A DNA stretch of 64,000 bases from Dehalococcoidia bacterium (GTDB lineage Bacteria; Chloroflexota; Dehalococcoidia; Bin125), in the NCBI GenBank assembly GCA_965220315.1, contig CBDCPP010000001.1, positions 972,806 through 1,036,805 on the forward strand, read 5' to 3'. Positions 27,556 to 37,468 of this stretch are shown here, piece by piece. Below the pieces are notes generated by a model. It did no database searches, was not told the origin of the DNA, and saw nothing but the letters and a program-made list of their open reading frames with translations. A program made the position numbers and the translations under genes. Numbering within the stretch: the first letter of the stretch is position 1; each line of letters opens with the position of its first letter.

Positions 27556-28359
27556 GTGCAAAACCGCTACGTCGGCGATATCGGGGACTTTGGCAAGTAC
27601 GGGCTGTTGCGGTCCCTTTCCGGACTGCGATCTGATCGCAGCTCTGATGTGCCGTTGCGCTTGGGTGTCGTCTGGTATCTCTACCCGGACGAAGCTCACA
27701 ACGCCGACGGTAAATTCACTGACTACCTTGCCGGTACCCCGGGTAACTACTCCAGGTTTCAGGCCTGCGATCCCCTGCTCTACCAGGCGCTTCGCCAGTT
27801 GGTGGCCGAAGACAGCCGTGGTATCGCCGCGGTCCGCCGCAGGGGAATCCTGCCCGGCGACACGGCATTCTGTGAGCGCAGCCTGTTCTACGCACCCGGC
27901 TCGTCGCGAGCTGCAAGACAGGCAATCCGCGAAAACTGGATCGAAGAAGCTCTCGAAGTCACCGCCGAGTCGGATCTGGTTTTCTTCGATCCCGACAACG
28001 GCGTCTCCGACCCAGCCAGCGGCATCGCGAAGACGGTGAACCCTTGGGACGTGAAAGGTCCCAAGCATGTGCGGCTCGACGAACTGCGCCGTTTCTCGGA
28101 GCGGGGCCAAAGCCTCGTCATCTACCATCACCTGAGCCGCCACGGCACAGCGGTTCAGCAGATCCGCCGCGTTTCCAAGACCCTGCGTTCGAGCCTTCGT
28201 CCGGCCTGCCGCCTGTGGTCACTGCGGTACCGCAGGGGAACGTCGCGCGCTTTCTTCGTTGCTGCGCAGAAGCAGCACGAGTCCATTCTTGAGAATCGGC
28301 TGGCGAGTTTCTTCGACGGCCCGTGGGGCACGCGCAAGCATTTCGAGTTGGTCGAATGA
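27556..28359 (+). CDS. conserved-looking hypothetical protein of unknown family (possible PD-(D/E)xK-like DPD...WDVK motif)
   Basis: GTG start with GGGAG SD. 267 aa, soluble. N-terminal YVGDIGDFGKYGLLR. Central LVFFDPDNGVS...NPWDVKGPKH. No family assigned. Confidence 0.6.
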   Translation: MQNRYVGDIGDFGKYGLLRSLSGLRSDRSSDVPLRLGVVWYLYPDEAHNADGKFTDYLAGTPGNYSRFQACDPLLYQALRQLVAEDSRGIAAVRRRGILPGDTAFCERSLFYAPGSSRAARQAIRENWIEEALEVTAESDLVFFDPDNGVSDPASGIAKTVNPWDVKGPKHVRLDELRRFSERGQSLVIYHHLSRHGTAVQQIRRVSKTLRSSLRPACRLWSLRYRRGTSRAFFVAAQKQHESILENRLASFFDGPWGTRKHFELVE

Positions 28360-28376
28360 ACCGTAAGGCGTTGAGT

Positions 28377-30015
28377 TCAGTCGTGAAGCAGGCTCTTCGC
28401 GAGCAGTCTTGCCTCGTCCAGGTTGTCCACGAAGTGTTCCCCGGGAACCTGTTTGAGAGCGTTGAGGGCGTGGAGGGTTTTGGCGACGGAGGCGGAGAGG
28501 TTCATCACGATGCATTCCGTACTCTCTTCGCCGGCGGTTTCGATGAGCTGCTCGATGACCAGGGCGGCGCTGTCGTCCATGTGCGTGGCCTTTGAGAAGT
28601 CGAGGATCACGACCTCGTGTTCCCGAATGTCGGCGCCGATCACCCGGACCAACTCATTGGCGGAGGCGACGGAGAAGCGCCCCCGCAAGGCGACGAGCCC
28701 GGCGCGGGCTAGGTAAGGATCCGCCTCGGCTGCGTCCGCCTGGTTTGGAAAGAATGTTTGGTCCAGCAGAGGGACGGACACCACGTTGTCGAGCTCGAGC
28801 CGTTCGTACTCCTTGGAGTGTGCGATTCCTGCGGCGACGAGCCCCAGGGCGACGGCCGTCACGAGATCGACGAACACCGTGAGGGCCAGGGTGGTGATCA
28901 TCACCAGGATGTAGTCGCGTCGGATGTGGCGAATACGGGTGAGGAAACGCCAGTCGATAATGTCCCAGCCGACTTTCAGGAGAATGCCGGCGAGGACGGC
29001 ATGCGGGATCGGCTCGGTGACCTCTCCGATACCCAATACCAGGGCTAACAGGATGCCCGAGCGCAAGACGCCGGAGAGCGGAGTGCGGCCTCCGGCGCGG
29101 ATGTTGACTACGGTGCCCATGGTGGCCCCGGCGCCGGGAAGGGCGCCGATCAGGCCCGCGATCAAGTTGCCCAGCCCCTGGCCCATGAGTTCACGGTTGG
29201 GCTTGTGCCGTATGTGGGTGAGGGAGTCGGCTACGAGCGCGGTCAGCAGGCTGTCGATGGAGCCGAGGAGAGCGAGGATGAAAGCCGGTTGTAAGGCGTC
29301 CGCGAGGAACCCGGGCGCGAGTTCCGGCAGTTGCAAGTCGGGCAAGCCCGTCGGTACCGCTCCGATGATGGGGGCATCACCGAACCAGGCGAGCGCGAAA
29401 AGAGTGCCGGCGATCAATGCGCCGAGAGGGGCGGGCAAGAATTTGCGGAGTTTGCGAGGCCAGAAGATGCAGACCGTCAGTGCAATGGCGCCGACGGCGA
29501 GGGCGTCCGGGTTGAGATTTGTCACCGCCTCGGGCCAGGCGCGGACGGAATTGAGCGGCCCGCCCGGGACGGTGGGGGTGCCGAGCAATGGCAGGATTTG
29601 GATCACGATGATGATGATGCCGATGCCGGACATGAATCCGGAGATCACGGAGTAGGGCGTGTAGGCGATAAAACTGCCGACTCTCAGCGCGCCCAAGGCG
29701 AACTGAAGCAACCCGCCCAGCATGACGATGGTGAATGCTTCGGGAAGATTGTCGGCGTGTTGGGTGACGACCACCGCCATGGCGATGGTCATTGGCCCAG
29801 TGGGGCCGGAGATCTGAGAGGGCGTCCCACCGAAGACCGCCGCGAAGAAACCGACGGCGATCGCGCCGTAGAGGCCGGCGATAGGCCCGAGGCCCGAGGC
29901 CCGACGCCACGCCAAAGGCCAACGCCACCGGCAACGCCACCACGGCCGCCGTAACCCCGCCGAAGACATCTCCGGAGAGATCCTGGGATTTGTAGAAGTG
30001 ACGCATTTTGGACAT
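28377..30015 (-). pseudogene. SulP-family anion transporter with C-terminal STAS domain, frameshifted by expansion of a 7-nt tandem repeat
   Basis: ORF 29377..30030 (N-terminus ...VALPVALAFGVASGLGP) and ORF 28377..29969 (...ASGLGPIAGLYGAIAVGFFAAVFGG...STAS) are consecutive SulP pieces in different frames. Removing one AGGCCCG unit restores VASGLGPIAGLY in frame. Confidence 0.85.
29884..29904 (+). repeat. (AGGCCCG)x3 heptanucleotide tandem repeat inside the SulP gene. Two copies would be in frame
   Basis: Plus strand reads ATAGGCCCGAGGCCCGAGGCCCGACGCC. Read directly from the sequence. Confidence 0.9.
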
Positions 30016-31124
30016 GAGTGGTGTAGGCAAAGGGATTGTGACGGAATTCCTGGAGCAAGCTACCTTCAGGAAGGCTCAGGACGAGGATGAGCGCGCTTGC
30101 CGTTCAGGAAATTGGCACGTGGCCAGCAGGATGACGGAGAGACCCAGTCGTATCAATATGAACGGCAGGTGCACGCTGATAGCGAGGGCTGCGGATGAGT
30201 TCTTTCGTCTGTCAGCGCTCCGGATTTTGCGGAGGAACGTGCGTGACCGGTCTGAGCTACCGGTCCAATCGGGCGAGCTTCCCCTCTTGATCTGACATAA
30301 TGTGTGACAACGGCACGGATACCAAGGCGTCCGAGACAACCACCAGGGGCCCAGCTGCCGGAACGAGAATGCCTGCTTCTGTGGCGGGCATTAACTCTAT
30401 GGGGGCATTAACATGACGCGCGAGGTCATCGTTCCTGCCAACCAGGCCGGCCATCACCAACCGAGCAGTGGTGATACGGGTATCGTTCCCAGCGGCTTGA
30501 TTGCTGCCGGTGCTGTGCGGATGGCTTGCCTTCTACAGATCCCGCATCACTTGATAGGGCCACAGCCACCACAGAATCGGGCCGCATCACTACGCCACCC
30601 CCGCTTTGGAGAGAACCGTTGCTCGTGGGCTCCCAACGTCACGAGCTTCGCCGACGCTCGGTGTAGCCACAGGTAAAACGCGATCACGGTAGCGGCGACA
30701 TCGCGATGGTGAGGCCGCCGATCACCAGGATGAGGAAGAGGTAAACCATAACCCTGGATCCGCATCACCCTGGACCGCCAACTCGTCGAAGATCAGTGGG
30801 CCGAGTGCAAGGTCGAGCCTCCCGGCCAGGTCGAAGTCGGCGATAACCAAGAGGGTGATCACTATGCGAAAGAAGGTGTCGAGGCTGAACAGACCCAACA
30901 GGTCCGCAGTCGCCTTTGCTCGCACCCGGAGCGACCGCTACTCGCGCTTGGGCTTAGAAAGTTGGGTTCACCGTTGGAGGCCGCTCCCGTGCTCCGGCGC
31001 GGCGCCAGACGGCTATTCTTTTTAGAATGCTAAGAAGAAGGCTGCGAATCACAACGCAGGGGCAGTACTGACCACAGCTTCCTGTCCAAGCTTTTCATCT
31101 CTTAGTGGCCCGATTCGAGGCGTC

Positions 31125-32975
31125 ATGCAGCGCGATCGCATTCGCAATTTCAGCATTATCGCCCATATCGATCATGGCAAGTCGACTCTGGCCGATCGCC
31201 TGCTCGAACTCACCGAGACCGTCGCCGAGCGCGCGATGGCAGCGCAGCTCCTCGACTCCATGGAGCTCGAGCGCGAGAAAGGCATCACGATCAAGGCCCG
31301 TGCTGTACGCATGGCCTACACCGCGCGCGATGGCTGCGCGTACCAGCTTAATCTGGTCGATACCCCGGGCCACGTGGATTTCACCTACGAGGTCTCGCGC
31401 TCACTCGCCGCGGTGGAAGGCGCGCTGCTCGTTGTCGATGCTGGCGAGGGCATTCAAGCGCAGACACTTGCCAATGCGTACATGGCGTTGGAGCAAGACC
31501 TCACGATCATCCCCGTCGTCAACAAAATCGACCTTCCCGTCGCACAGCCCCAGCAGGTAATGCGCGAGCTGGTCGATGTGATCGGCTTCAGCGAGGGCGA
31601 GATCCTCTTTCTCTCCGCCAAGACGGGATCGGGCGTGCCCGAGTTGCTCGAGGCGATCATCCAGCGCCTGCCGGCGCCCGCAGGCGACCCAGCCGCTCCG
31701 CTCCGCGCTCTTCTCTTCGACTCTGAATACGATGCGTACAAGGGCGTGCTTGCCTACGTGCGCGTGGTGGATGGGGGGATCGCTGGCAGCGCGCCGCTGC
31801 GTCTCATGCAACGGCAGCGCAAGCTGGAGCCGCTCGAGCTCGGCACATTCACGCCGGAGCTCGCGGCGCGCTCTCGCCTCGACGCCGGCGAGGTCGGCTA
31901 CGTCGCCACTGGCTTGAAGGATGTCGCCGACGTGCGCGTTGGTGACACGCTGACCAGCGTGGCGAGGCCTGCTGCCCAGCCCCTGCCTGGCTACACCGAG
32001 GCCAAGCCGATGGTCTTCGCTGGCCTGTATCCTGCCCAATCCAGTGAGTATCCGGCGCTCAAGGCGGCGTTGGAGAAGCTGCGTCTCAACGATGCCTCCC
32101 TCCACTACGAGCCAGAGACCTCGGTTGCCTTGGGCTTTGGCTTCCGTATGGGCTTTCTCGGCCTCCTCCATATGGAGATCGTGCAGGAGCGTCTCGAGCG
32201 TGAGTACGATATCGCGCTAGTTTTCACTGCGCCCTCTGTTGAGTACGAAGTCCTTGCCAGCGACGGTACCGTCCGCCGGATCGATAATCCGGCCGATCTG
32301 CCGGACCCCAGCCGCATCAGTGAGGTGCGCGAGCCCTGGTTGCGCCTCAGCGTGATCACGCCCAACAGCTACGTCGGCACTGTGATGGAGTTGGTAATCG
32401 GTCGCCGGGGCCGCTTCGACAAGATGGAATATATCGATCGCGATGTCTCTGCCGTGGATGCTGGTCGCCAGCGCGTTCTTCTGGAGTTCGAAGCGCCCCT
32501 GGCCGAGATCCTGGTTGACTTTTACGACGAGCTGAAGTCGGGAACGCAGGGCTACGCCAGCCTCGACTACACCCTGATCGACTACCGTGCCGCGAAGCTC
32601 GTCAAGCTGGAGATCTTGGTCAACGGCGAGCCGGTCGACGCGCTTTCCAGCATCGTCCACCGCGCCCGCGCCGATGTGAGCGGTCGGGCTTTGGTCCAGC
32701 GATTGCGCTCGCTCATTCCGCGGCAACTGTTCGATGTGCCGCTGCAAGCTGCCGTCGGCGGCCGCATAATCGCCCGCGAGACGGTCAAAGCGGCTCGCAA
32801 GAATGTGCTCTCAAAGTGCTATGGCGGTGATGTCACTCGCAAGCGCAAGCTGCTGGCGAAGCAAGCCGAGGGCAAGCGACGCATGAAGCGCGTCGGCAAC
32901 GTGGAGATCCCGCAGGAGGCGTTTCTGTCCGTTTTGCGATTAAGTGACTCGAAACCCCGCAAAGCGCGTACCTAG
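31125..32975 (+). CDS. lepA: elongation factor 4 (translational GTPase LepA)
   Basis: [25 protein letters not shown]..., G1-G5 motifs and the LepA-specific C-terminal domain. 616 aa. Confidence 0.95.
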   Translation: MQRDRIRNFSIIAHIDHGKSTLADRLLELTETVAERAMAAQLLDSMELEREKGITIKARAVRMAYTARDGCAYQLNLVDTPGHVDFTYEVSRSLAAVEGALLVVDAGEGIQAQTLANAYMALEQDLTIIPVVNKIDLPVAQPQQVMRELVDVIGFSEGEILFLSAKTGSGVPELLEAIIQRLPAPAGDPAAPLRALLFDSEYDAYKGVLAYVRVVDGGIAGSAPLRLMQRQRKLEPLELGTFTPELAARSRLDAGEVGYVATGLKDVADVRVGDTLTSVARPAAQPLPGYTEAKPMVFAGLYPAQSSEYPALKAALEKLRLNDASLHYEPETSVALGFGFRMGFLGLLHMEIVQERLEREYDIALVFTAPSVEYEVLASDGTVRRIDNPADLPDPSRISEVREPWLRLSVITPNSYVGTVMELVIGRRGRFDKMEYIDRDVSAVDAGRQRVLLEFEAPLAEILVDFYDELKSGTQGYASLDYTLIDYRAAKLVKLEILVNGEPVDALSSIVHRARADVSGRALVQRLRSLIPRQLFDVPLQAAVGGRIIARETVKAARKNVLSKCYGGDVTRKRKLLAKQAEGKRRMKRVGNVEIPQEAFLSVLRLSDSKPRKART

Positions 32976-34582
32976 CTGGACCCTGCCTCTTCCGCTGCTA
33001 CCGGTAGAGGCGTCTCGGCCGCTCCGTCGGAGCCATTGCTCTCGTTGGATCGGCTCGTGCTAGTCGCTTGCGGGAGCGGTGGCGTTGACGTTGGCTCTGC
33101 GGCTTCTACCTCGAGCGCGGGCCCCGGCTCCTCGGCCACGCTCTCTCCTTCTACCTCGAGCGCGGGCCCCGGCTCCTCGATCACGCTCGCTCCTTCTGCC
33201 TCGAGCGCGGGCTCCGGCTCCTCGGTCACGCTCTCTCCTTCCGCCGCCTCTTCGATCACGACGAGACCCTCTGCGTCCAGGATGGTGCGGCGGATCGCCG
33301 CCAGGGTCTCCGCGTCGGCGCCCTCCAGTGCATGTCTGACCAGTTGGAACAGCGCCTCACCCGTGATGAGCGCGTAGCCGAAGTTTGCGCTGGCGTTGAT
33401 CAAGGTCTGGGACAGGGCCTCGCCGCGATCCTTCGGATGCAGGAGCCGCTTTCCGTTGACGGCGATTACGCCCTTGCGCAACACCCCACTGCTGATGAAC
33501 TCTTTTTCGATCCGGCGCTGCAGCTGGAAGTAACTCGACTCTTTGACCGTGTGCGACGACGCGTCCACCTCCAGCAGGGCGATCTCATCGCCGTCGGCTA
33601 GCTCGGCTGGCTCCCTGAGTTCGGGCGTCACCGTGAAGCCCAGTGCCCGGAACGCATCCCGTACCAGTGGCTCGAAGGCATATCGCCCTTCGCGCCACAG
33701 CAATCCTTGGTAGCGCGCCGCGTCGGTCAGCGCCGCTCGCATTTCTTGCAGGTGTCTCTCTGCTTCCACGAAGGTCTGCTCCGCCTGCTCAACCGTCTCG
33801 CGCAAGTCGCGCAGGTCTGGCAAGTCATATTTCTTGAGCCACGGCGGCGCCTTTTCCTCCTCTGGACTCTCGAGGCTGCGCAGCAGACTTTCCAGCAGCG
33901 CTTCGGTCACATTTCGCCGTGCGGCGCCGCGCGGCTCGGTGTTAGGCGGTGGGAGGAAAACTATTCGGCCTGCCAGCGCCTGAAACTCCACGGCCACGGC
34001 CGCGCCGCCCTGACTGCGCGCCAGCACCGTGCCCACGTTTTGGAAGCCGCTGATCGCGTTCACGTCCCACCAGGCCTGGAAGCGCAGCCGTCCGGCGAGA
34101 TCGTCCAAGTAGGCTGCGAATGCGTGTGCGCGATCGAGTGGTGCGAAGGTTCCGCCGCCCGCACCGGCCAGCAGTTGTGGCGGGCGGTAGACGACCCCGG
34201 GCGGGGCCGGCAGGATCGTGTAACGATCGGCTCCTGGGAGCGTCGACACTGCGGCATGCGGCACAGTTGGGTAGCCGAATACCGCCACCACCCCACCTCT
34301 CTCCAGCAGCAGCTGCAACTCACGGCGGCGCTGCTCCAACAGCTCGCCGAGGCCAAAATGGAAGGCGCCGCTAGCACCGGGCAGCACTGGCGTGCCGCTC
34401 GGTGTTTGATAGGTTCCACCGCTTGTCGCGCCAGCTCCTGCGGCAAGCTCCTCGATCTGCCGTGAGAGCGCTGCTGGATCGATCACACACGCGTCGTATT
34501 CGAATAGCGCCGGCGCGTTCGCGACCGAGTGGTTATCCACTTGCGGATCGGGGAGAGAGAATCCAAGCGATACGATTCGCAT
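32972..34582 (-). CDS. hypothetical protein. Roughly 420-aa globular part plus an acidic C-terminal region with 15-aa tandem repeats ([15 protein letters not shown])
   Basis: 536 aa, no signal peptide. Central segment ...[45 protein letters not shown]... is reminiscent of restriction-endonuclease-like folds, but no family assigned. Stop overlaps the lepA stop on the opposite strand. Confidence 0.65.
   Translation of the reverse strand: MRIVSLGFSLPDPQVDNHSVANAPALFEYDACVIDPAALSRQIEELAAGAGATSGGTYQTPSGTPVLPGASGAFHFGLGELLEQRRRELQLLLERGGVVAVFGYPTVPHAAVSTLPGADRYTILPAPPGVVYRPPQLLAGAGGGTFAPLDRAHAFAAYLDDLAGRLRFQAWWDVNAISGFQNVGTVLARSQGGAAVAVEFQALAGRIVFLPPPNTEPRGAARRNVTEALLESLLRSLESPEEEKAPPWLKKYDLPDLRDLRETVEQAEQTFVEAERHLQEMRAALTDAARYQGLLWREGRYAFEPLVRDAFRALGFTVTPELREPAELADGDEIALLEVDASSHTVKESSYFQLQRRIEKEFISSGVLRKGVIAVNGKRLLHPKDRGEALSQTLINASANFGYALITGEALFQLVRHALEGADAETLAAIRRTILDAEGLVVIEEAAEGESVTEEPEPALEAEGASVIEEPGPALEVEGESVAEEPGPALEVEAAEPTSTPPLPQATSTSRSNESNGSDGAAETPLPVAAEEAGSS
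33103..33237 (+). repeat. 3 x 45-nt tandem repeat (plus a degenerate fourth unit), coding, inside the 32972..34582 gene
   Basis: Units start at 33103, 33148 and 33193 (CTTCTACCTCGAGCGCGGGCCCCGGCTCCTCGGCCACGCTCTCTC and variants). Produces spurious ORFs 33036..33377 and 33079..33339 on the plus strand. Confidence 0.85.
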
Positions 34583-35169
34583 TGTCGTTAAGTTCTCATT
34601 CCCATCAGATCTATACGGCGCGTCCCGCGGCCGCAGGCCGAAAGCGGCTAGCGTTTGTGCTCTGAGTTTACAATTCTATAGGACCTCTGCCCTTCCACTG
34701 CTGTACTGGTTTGCTCGTGGTGTAGGTAGTTGCTATATGTCGGCTCGCATCGACGCTTTGGATAGGCTGTTTTTTCAGATGCGCGCCTTGTCTGGCGCTT
34801 TTCCGATACTCTGATCACGGTCGTGCTAGGCGGGGAGCTAGCGGTGCCCTGGACCCGCAATCCGCTTTAGCGGGGTCGAATTCCCGCCTGAGGGCGTCCA
34901 CTGTGGAAACTGGCGCGGCTAAGCGGCGCTGAAGCTTGGGTCCCGTGCGGCGAGACGCTACGAACCCCGTCAGATCCGAGAGGAAGCAGCGGTAAGTAGC
35001 AGCTTTCGGGTGCCACGGGAGTGCCTGGGCTGAGTTGGCTGGTCGCGACAAGCCCGTGGCGGCGTTCGAAGGCGGGTGCACGGCCATTTTTAACAAACTG
35101 GACCGGTTCGACGGAGGAGCTGCTGTGCCAGTGACTGCGCCGTCCAAGAGGGGACAACAGCGGGATAGG

Positions 35170-36054
35170 GTGCAGAAGGGACGCACTGCGCAGCGCAAGC
35201 GCGTGGTGCGTAGGTCTCGAAAGCCCCCCCTTGGCCAACACTTTCTGCGCGACGCGGCCGTTCTCGACCGTGTCCTCGCCGCTGTCCCGGACGATGGCTT
35301 GCCGTTGATCGAGATCGGCGCCGGCGATGGCGCGCTCACTCTGCCTCTGGCTCAGTTGGGCCGCACCCTGGCCGCTATCGAACTCGACCTCCGACTCTCA
35401 CGCTCCACCGCCCGTGCGCTGAGTGCATACCCCAACACCCGCCTCGTGCAGGGGGATATCCTCGAGTTGGCACCTACCCGGATCCTCAGGGAGTTGGGCG
35501 CTGCTCCACCCTACGGACTCGTCGGCAACCTGCCGTACGCTATCACCGCGCCTATTTTTCGCCGCTTCCTCTCACAACCCGAGCATCGTCCGCGCTGGAT
35601 GTTGATCATGATCCAGCATGAGGTGGCGCTGCAAGTCGTGGCTCCGCCTGGCAAGCGTTCCTTGCTCAGCCTTGCCGTACAGCTCTACGCCGATCCGCGC
35701 CTCCTCTTCCCCGTGGACCGCGCCGCGTTCGAGCCGCCTCCTCAAGTGCGATCGGCCGTGCTTTTCATCCCTCTACGCGACACTGTGCCGGTAACACTCC
35801 CTTCTGAGGCTCGCTTCTTCGAGGTTGCACGGGCCGCTTTCCGCGCCCCGCGCAAACAGCTCCGCAACGCGCTTTCTCTCGGCTTCTCTATCCCGGCCGC
35901 TGAATCCGAAGCATGGCTGCGTGCGAGTGGCGTCGATCCGATCCGCCGTGCAGGCACGCTCACACTCGACGAGTGGGCCGCACTCGCCTGGACGCGCGAG
36001 CGCGCTGGCGCGCCGGCTCCCAAGCCTCTCGATCTCAACCTGAATCAGTCGTGA
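35170..36054 (+). CDS. rsmA: 16S rRNA (adenine1518-N6/adenine1519-N6)-dimethyltransferase
   Basis: LGQHFLRD..., SAM-binding IEIGAGDGALT, and KsgA C-terminal domain. The listed ORF starts at 35035 but a GTG at 35170 gives a typical-length protein. Confidence 0.88.
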   Translation: MQKGRTAQRKRVVRRSRKPPLGQHFLRDAAVLDRVLAAVPDDGLPLIEIGAGDGALTLPLAQLGRTLAAIELDLRLSRSTARALSAYPNTRLVQGDILELAPTRILRELGAAPPYGLVGNLPYAITAPIFRRFLSQPEHRPRWMLIMIQHEVALQVVAPPGKRSLLSLAVQLYADPRLLFPVDRAAFEPPPQVRSAVLFIPLRDTVPVTLPSEARFFEVARAAFRAPRKQLRNALSLGFSIPAAESEAWLRASGVDPIRRAGTLTLDEWAALAWTRERAGAPAPKPLDLNLNQS

Positions 36055-36965
36055 TCACCACCGCGCTCCGTACTGTTGCGCCAGCCAAGCTTAATCTCAC
36101 GCTTGAGGTCCTCGGACGCCGTGACGATGGTTTTCACGATCTCATCTCCGTCGTCCAAACAGTCGATCTCTGCGATACGATCACGATCGCCCCCGCTCCT
36201 GAGCGCAGCCTCCGGTTCGAGATGTCGGACGCTCTTCAGCGCTCCCTGTCGCTGCCCGCTGAAGGCGAGCTCATTGCCCGGATCTGGGACCTGCTGATCG
36301 AAAACTACGGCCCCGCCGTGATCGATGACCGTGCCGCCGTGCACGTCGTTAAGCGCATTCCGATTGCTGCTGGGCTCGGTGGAGGTTCCTCCGATGCCGC
36401 CGCCTTCCTCCGACTCGCCCGCGCCTTCTGGAAGCTGCCCCTGAGCGACGCCACCGCGATCGAACTGCTTGCGCAGGTCAGCTCCGATGCGCCGCTTTTT
36501 CATGCGGCTGGCGCTGTGCTGATGGAAGGTCGCGGTGAGCGACTCACTCCACTCCCGGATCATGCGGGCGCCACTTGGAAGGGCGTGATCTGGACCCCTG
36601 AGTTGCCCCGCCCCGAGCGCAAGACGGCGACCATGTTCAGCGCACTCCGGCCGCCGCATTTTGGCAGTGGTGATCGATCGCGCGCACTAGCTACCCGTCT
36701 TCGGAAGGGACTCCCGCTGCACTCTGAGGACCTCGTCAATACCTTTGACCGAGTAGCCGATGAGGTTTTCGTTGGTTTGCGCGCCGCGCGCCGCCGCTTC
36801 GCCGTCGAGGCCCGATCACTTCCCCATCTGGCTGGTGCTGGACCATCGCTATTCTTGCTTAACCCTCCTGATCTTGAAGACGTTCCCTTCACGACCATCG
36901 TGCGGCCACTTCCGCGCGCGGCCTGCGCTGTCGAATCCGTGCTGCCGGTCCCCACCAATGCCTAG
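36051..36965 (+). CDS. ispE: 4-diphosphocytidyl-2-C-methyl-D-erythritol kinase
   Basis: APAKLNLTLEVLGRR, and the GHMP kinase motif PIAAGLGGGSSDAAA. GTG 36051 overlaps the rsmA stop (GTGA). The part of the listed ORF upstream of 36051 (from 35913) overlaps rsmA in another frame. Confidence 0.9.
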   Translation: MITTALRTVAPAKLNLTLEVLGRRDDGFHDLISVVQTVDLCDTITIAPAPERSLRFEMSDALQRSLSLPAEGELIARIWDLLIENYGPAVIDDRAAVHVVKRIPIAAGLGGGSSDAAAFLRLARAFWKLPLSDATAIELLAQVSSDAPLFHAAGAVLMEGRGERLTPLPDHAGATWKGVIWTPELPRPERKTATMFSALRPPHFGSGDRSRALATRLRKGLPLHSEDLVNTFDRVADEVFVGLRAARRRFAVEARSLPHLAGAGPSLFLLNPPDLEDVPFTTIVRPLPRAACAVESVLPVPTNA

Positions 36966-36992
36966 GCGTCGGCTCGTGGTGCGCACTGCTTA

Positions 36993-37403
36993 ATGGAGTC
37001 GTTGTTATCCGGCTTCGTAGCAGGCTACGCATTCGGTTTGCTTGCGCTCATTCTCCTCGCCATGAGCCCACGGACGCTCCTTGGCTGGAGCCGTCGCCTG
37101 CAGGCTCAATTTCCAGATAATGCCTCGCTACCGGCAGCCTTTGCCGGCGTTGCGCTCGTCGCGCAGACGAGCTGGGGGATCGTTGGTTTAGTCTTCGGCG
37201 CCATCTACTGGGCGCTGCGCGATACTGGTGGCGGCCTCGGCAGCCCCAGCCTCGCTTTCACTATTGCCGTCCTCATGCTCGCGGCGGGTGGCGCCGTCGC
37301 GGCCTGGGTTGTGCAGCCTGCGTGGACGCGGCGCGTCCTCGTCTCCGCGATCTTCTTCGCCGCTATCTTCGGCTGGCTCCTGCCCCATCTCGCAGAGGCG
37401 TGA
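36993..37403 (+). CDS. hypothetical integral membrane protein (4 TM)
   Basis: 136-aa hydrophobic ORF between ispE and the dinG-like gene on the same strand. Confidence 0.5.
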   Translation: MESLLSGFVAGYAFGLLALILLAMSPRTLLGWSRRLQAQFPDNASLPAAFAGVALVAQTSWGIVGLVFGAIYWALRDTGGGLGSPSLAFTIAVLMLAAGGAVAAWVVQPAWTRRVLVSAIFFAAIFGWLLPHLAEA

Positions 37404-37468
37404 CTATGCGCCCGCGCGCGCTACGCTAATCGTGCGCGCCGTTCGTTCGCGTCTAGGTAGGGGAAGGT

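Noticed and set aside
33036-33377. Plus-strand ORFs over the 45-nt tandem repeat; checked for a CRISPR-like array
   Set aside because: Units are directly adjacent with no spacers and are in frame as the coding repeat of the minus-strand gene 32972..34582. Not CRISPR. No CRISPR array is present anywhere in the window.
35913-36050. Upstream extension of ispE overlapping the rsmA 3' end
   Set aside because: Would overlap rsmA by 140 nt in another frame. GTG 36051 gives the conserved IspE N-terminus (ITTALRTVAPAKLNLTLEV) and a GTGA stop/start overlap.
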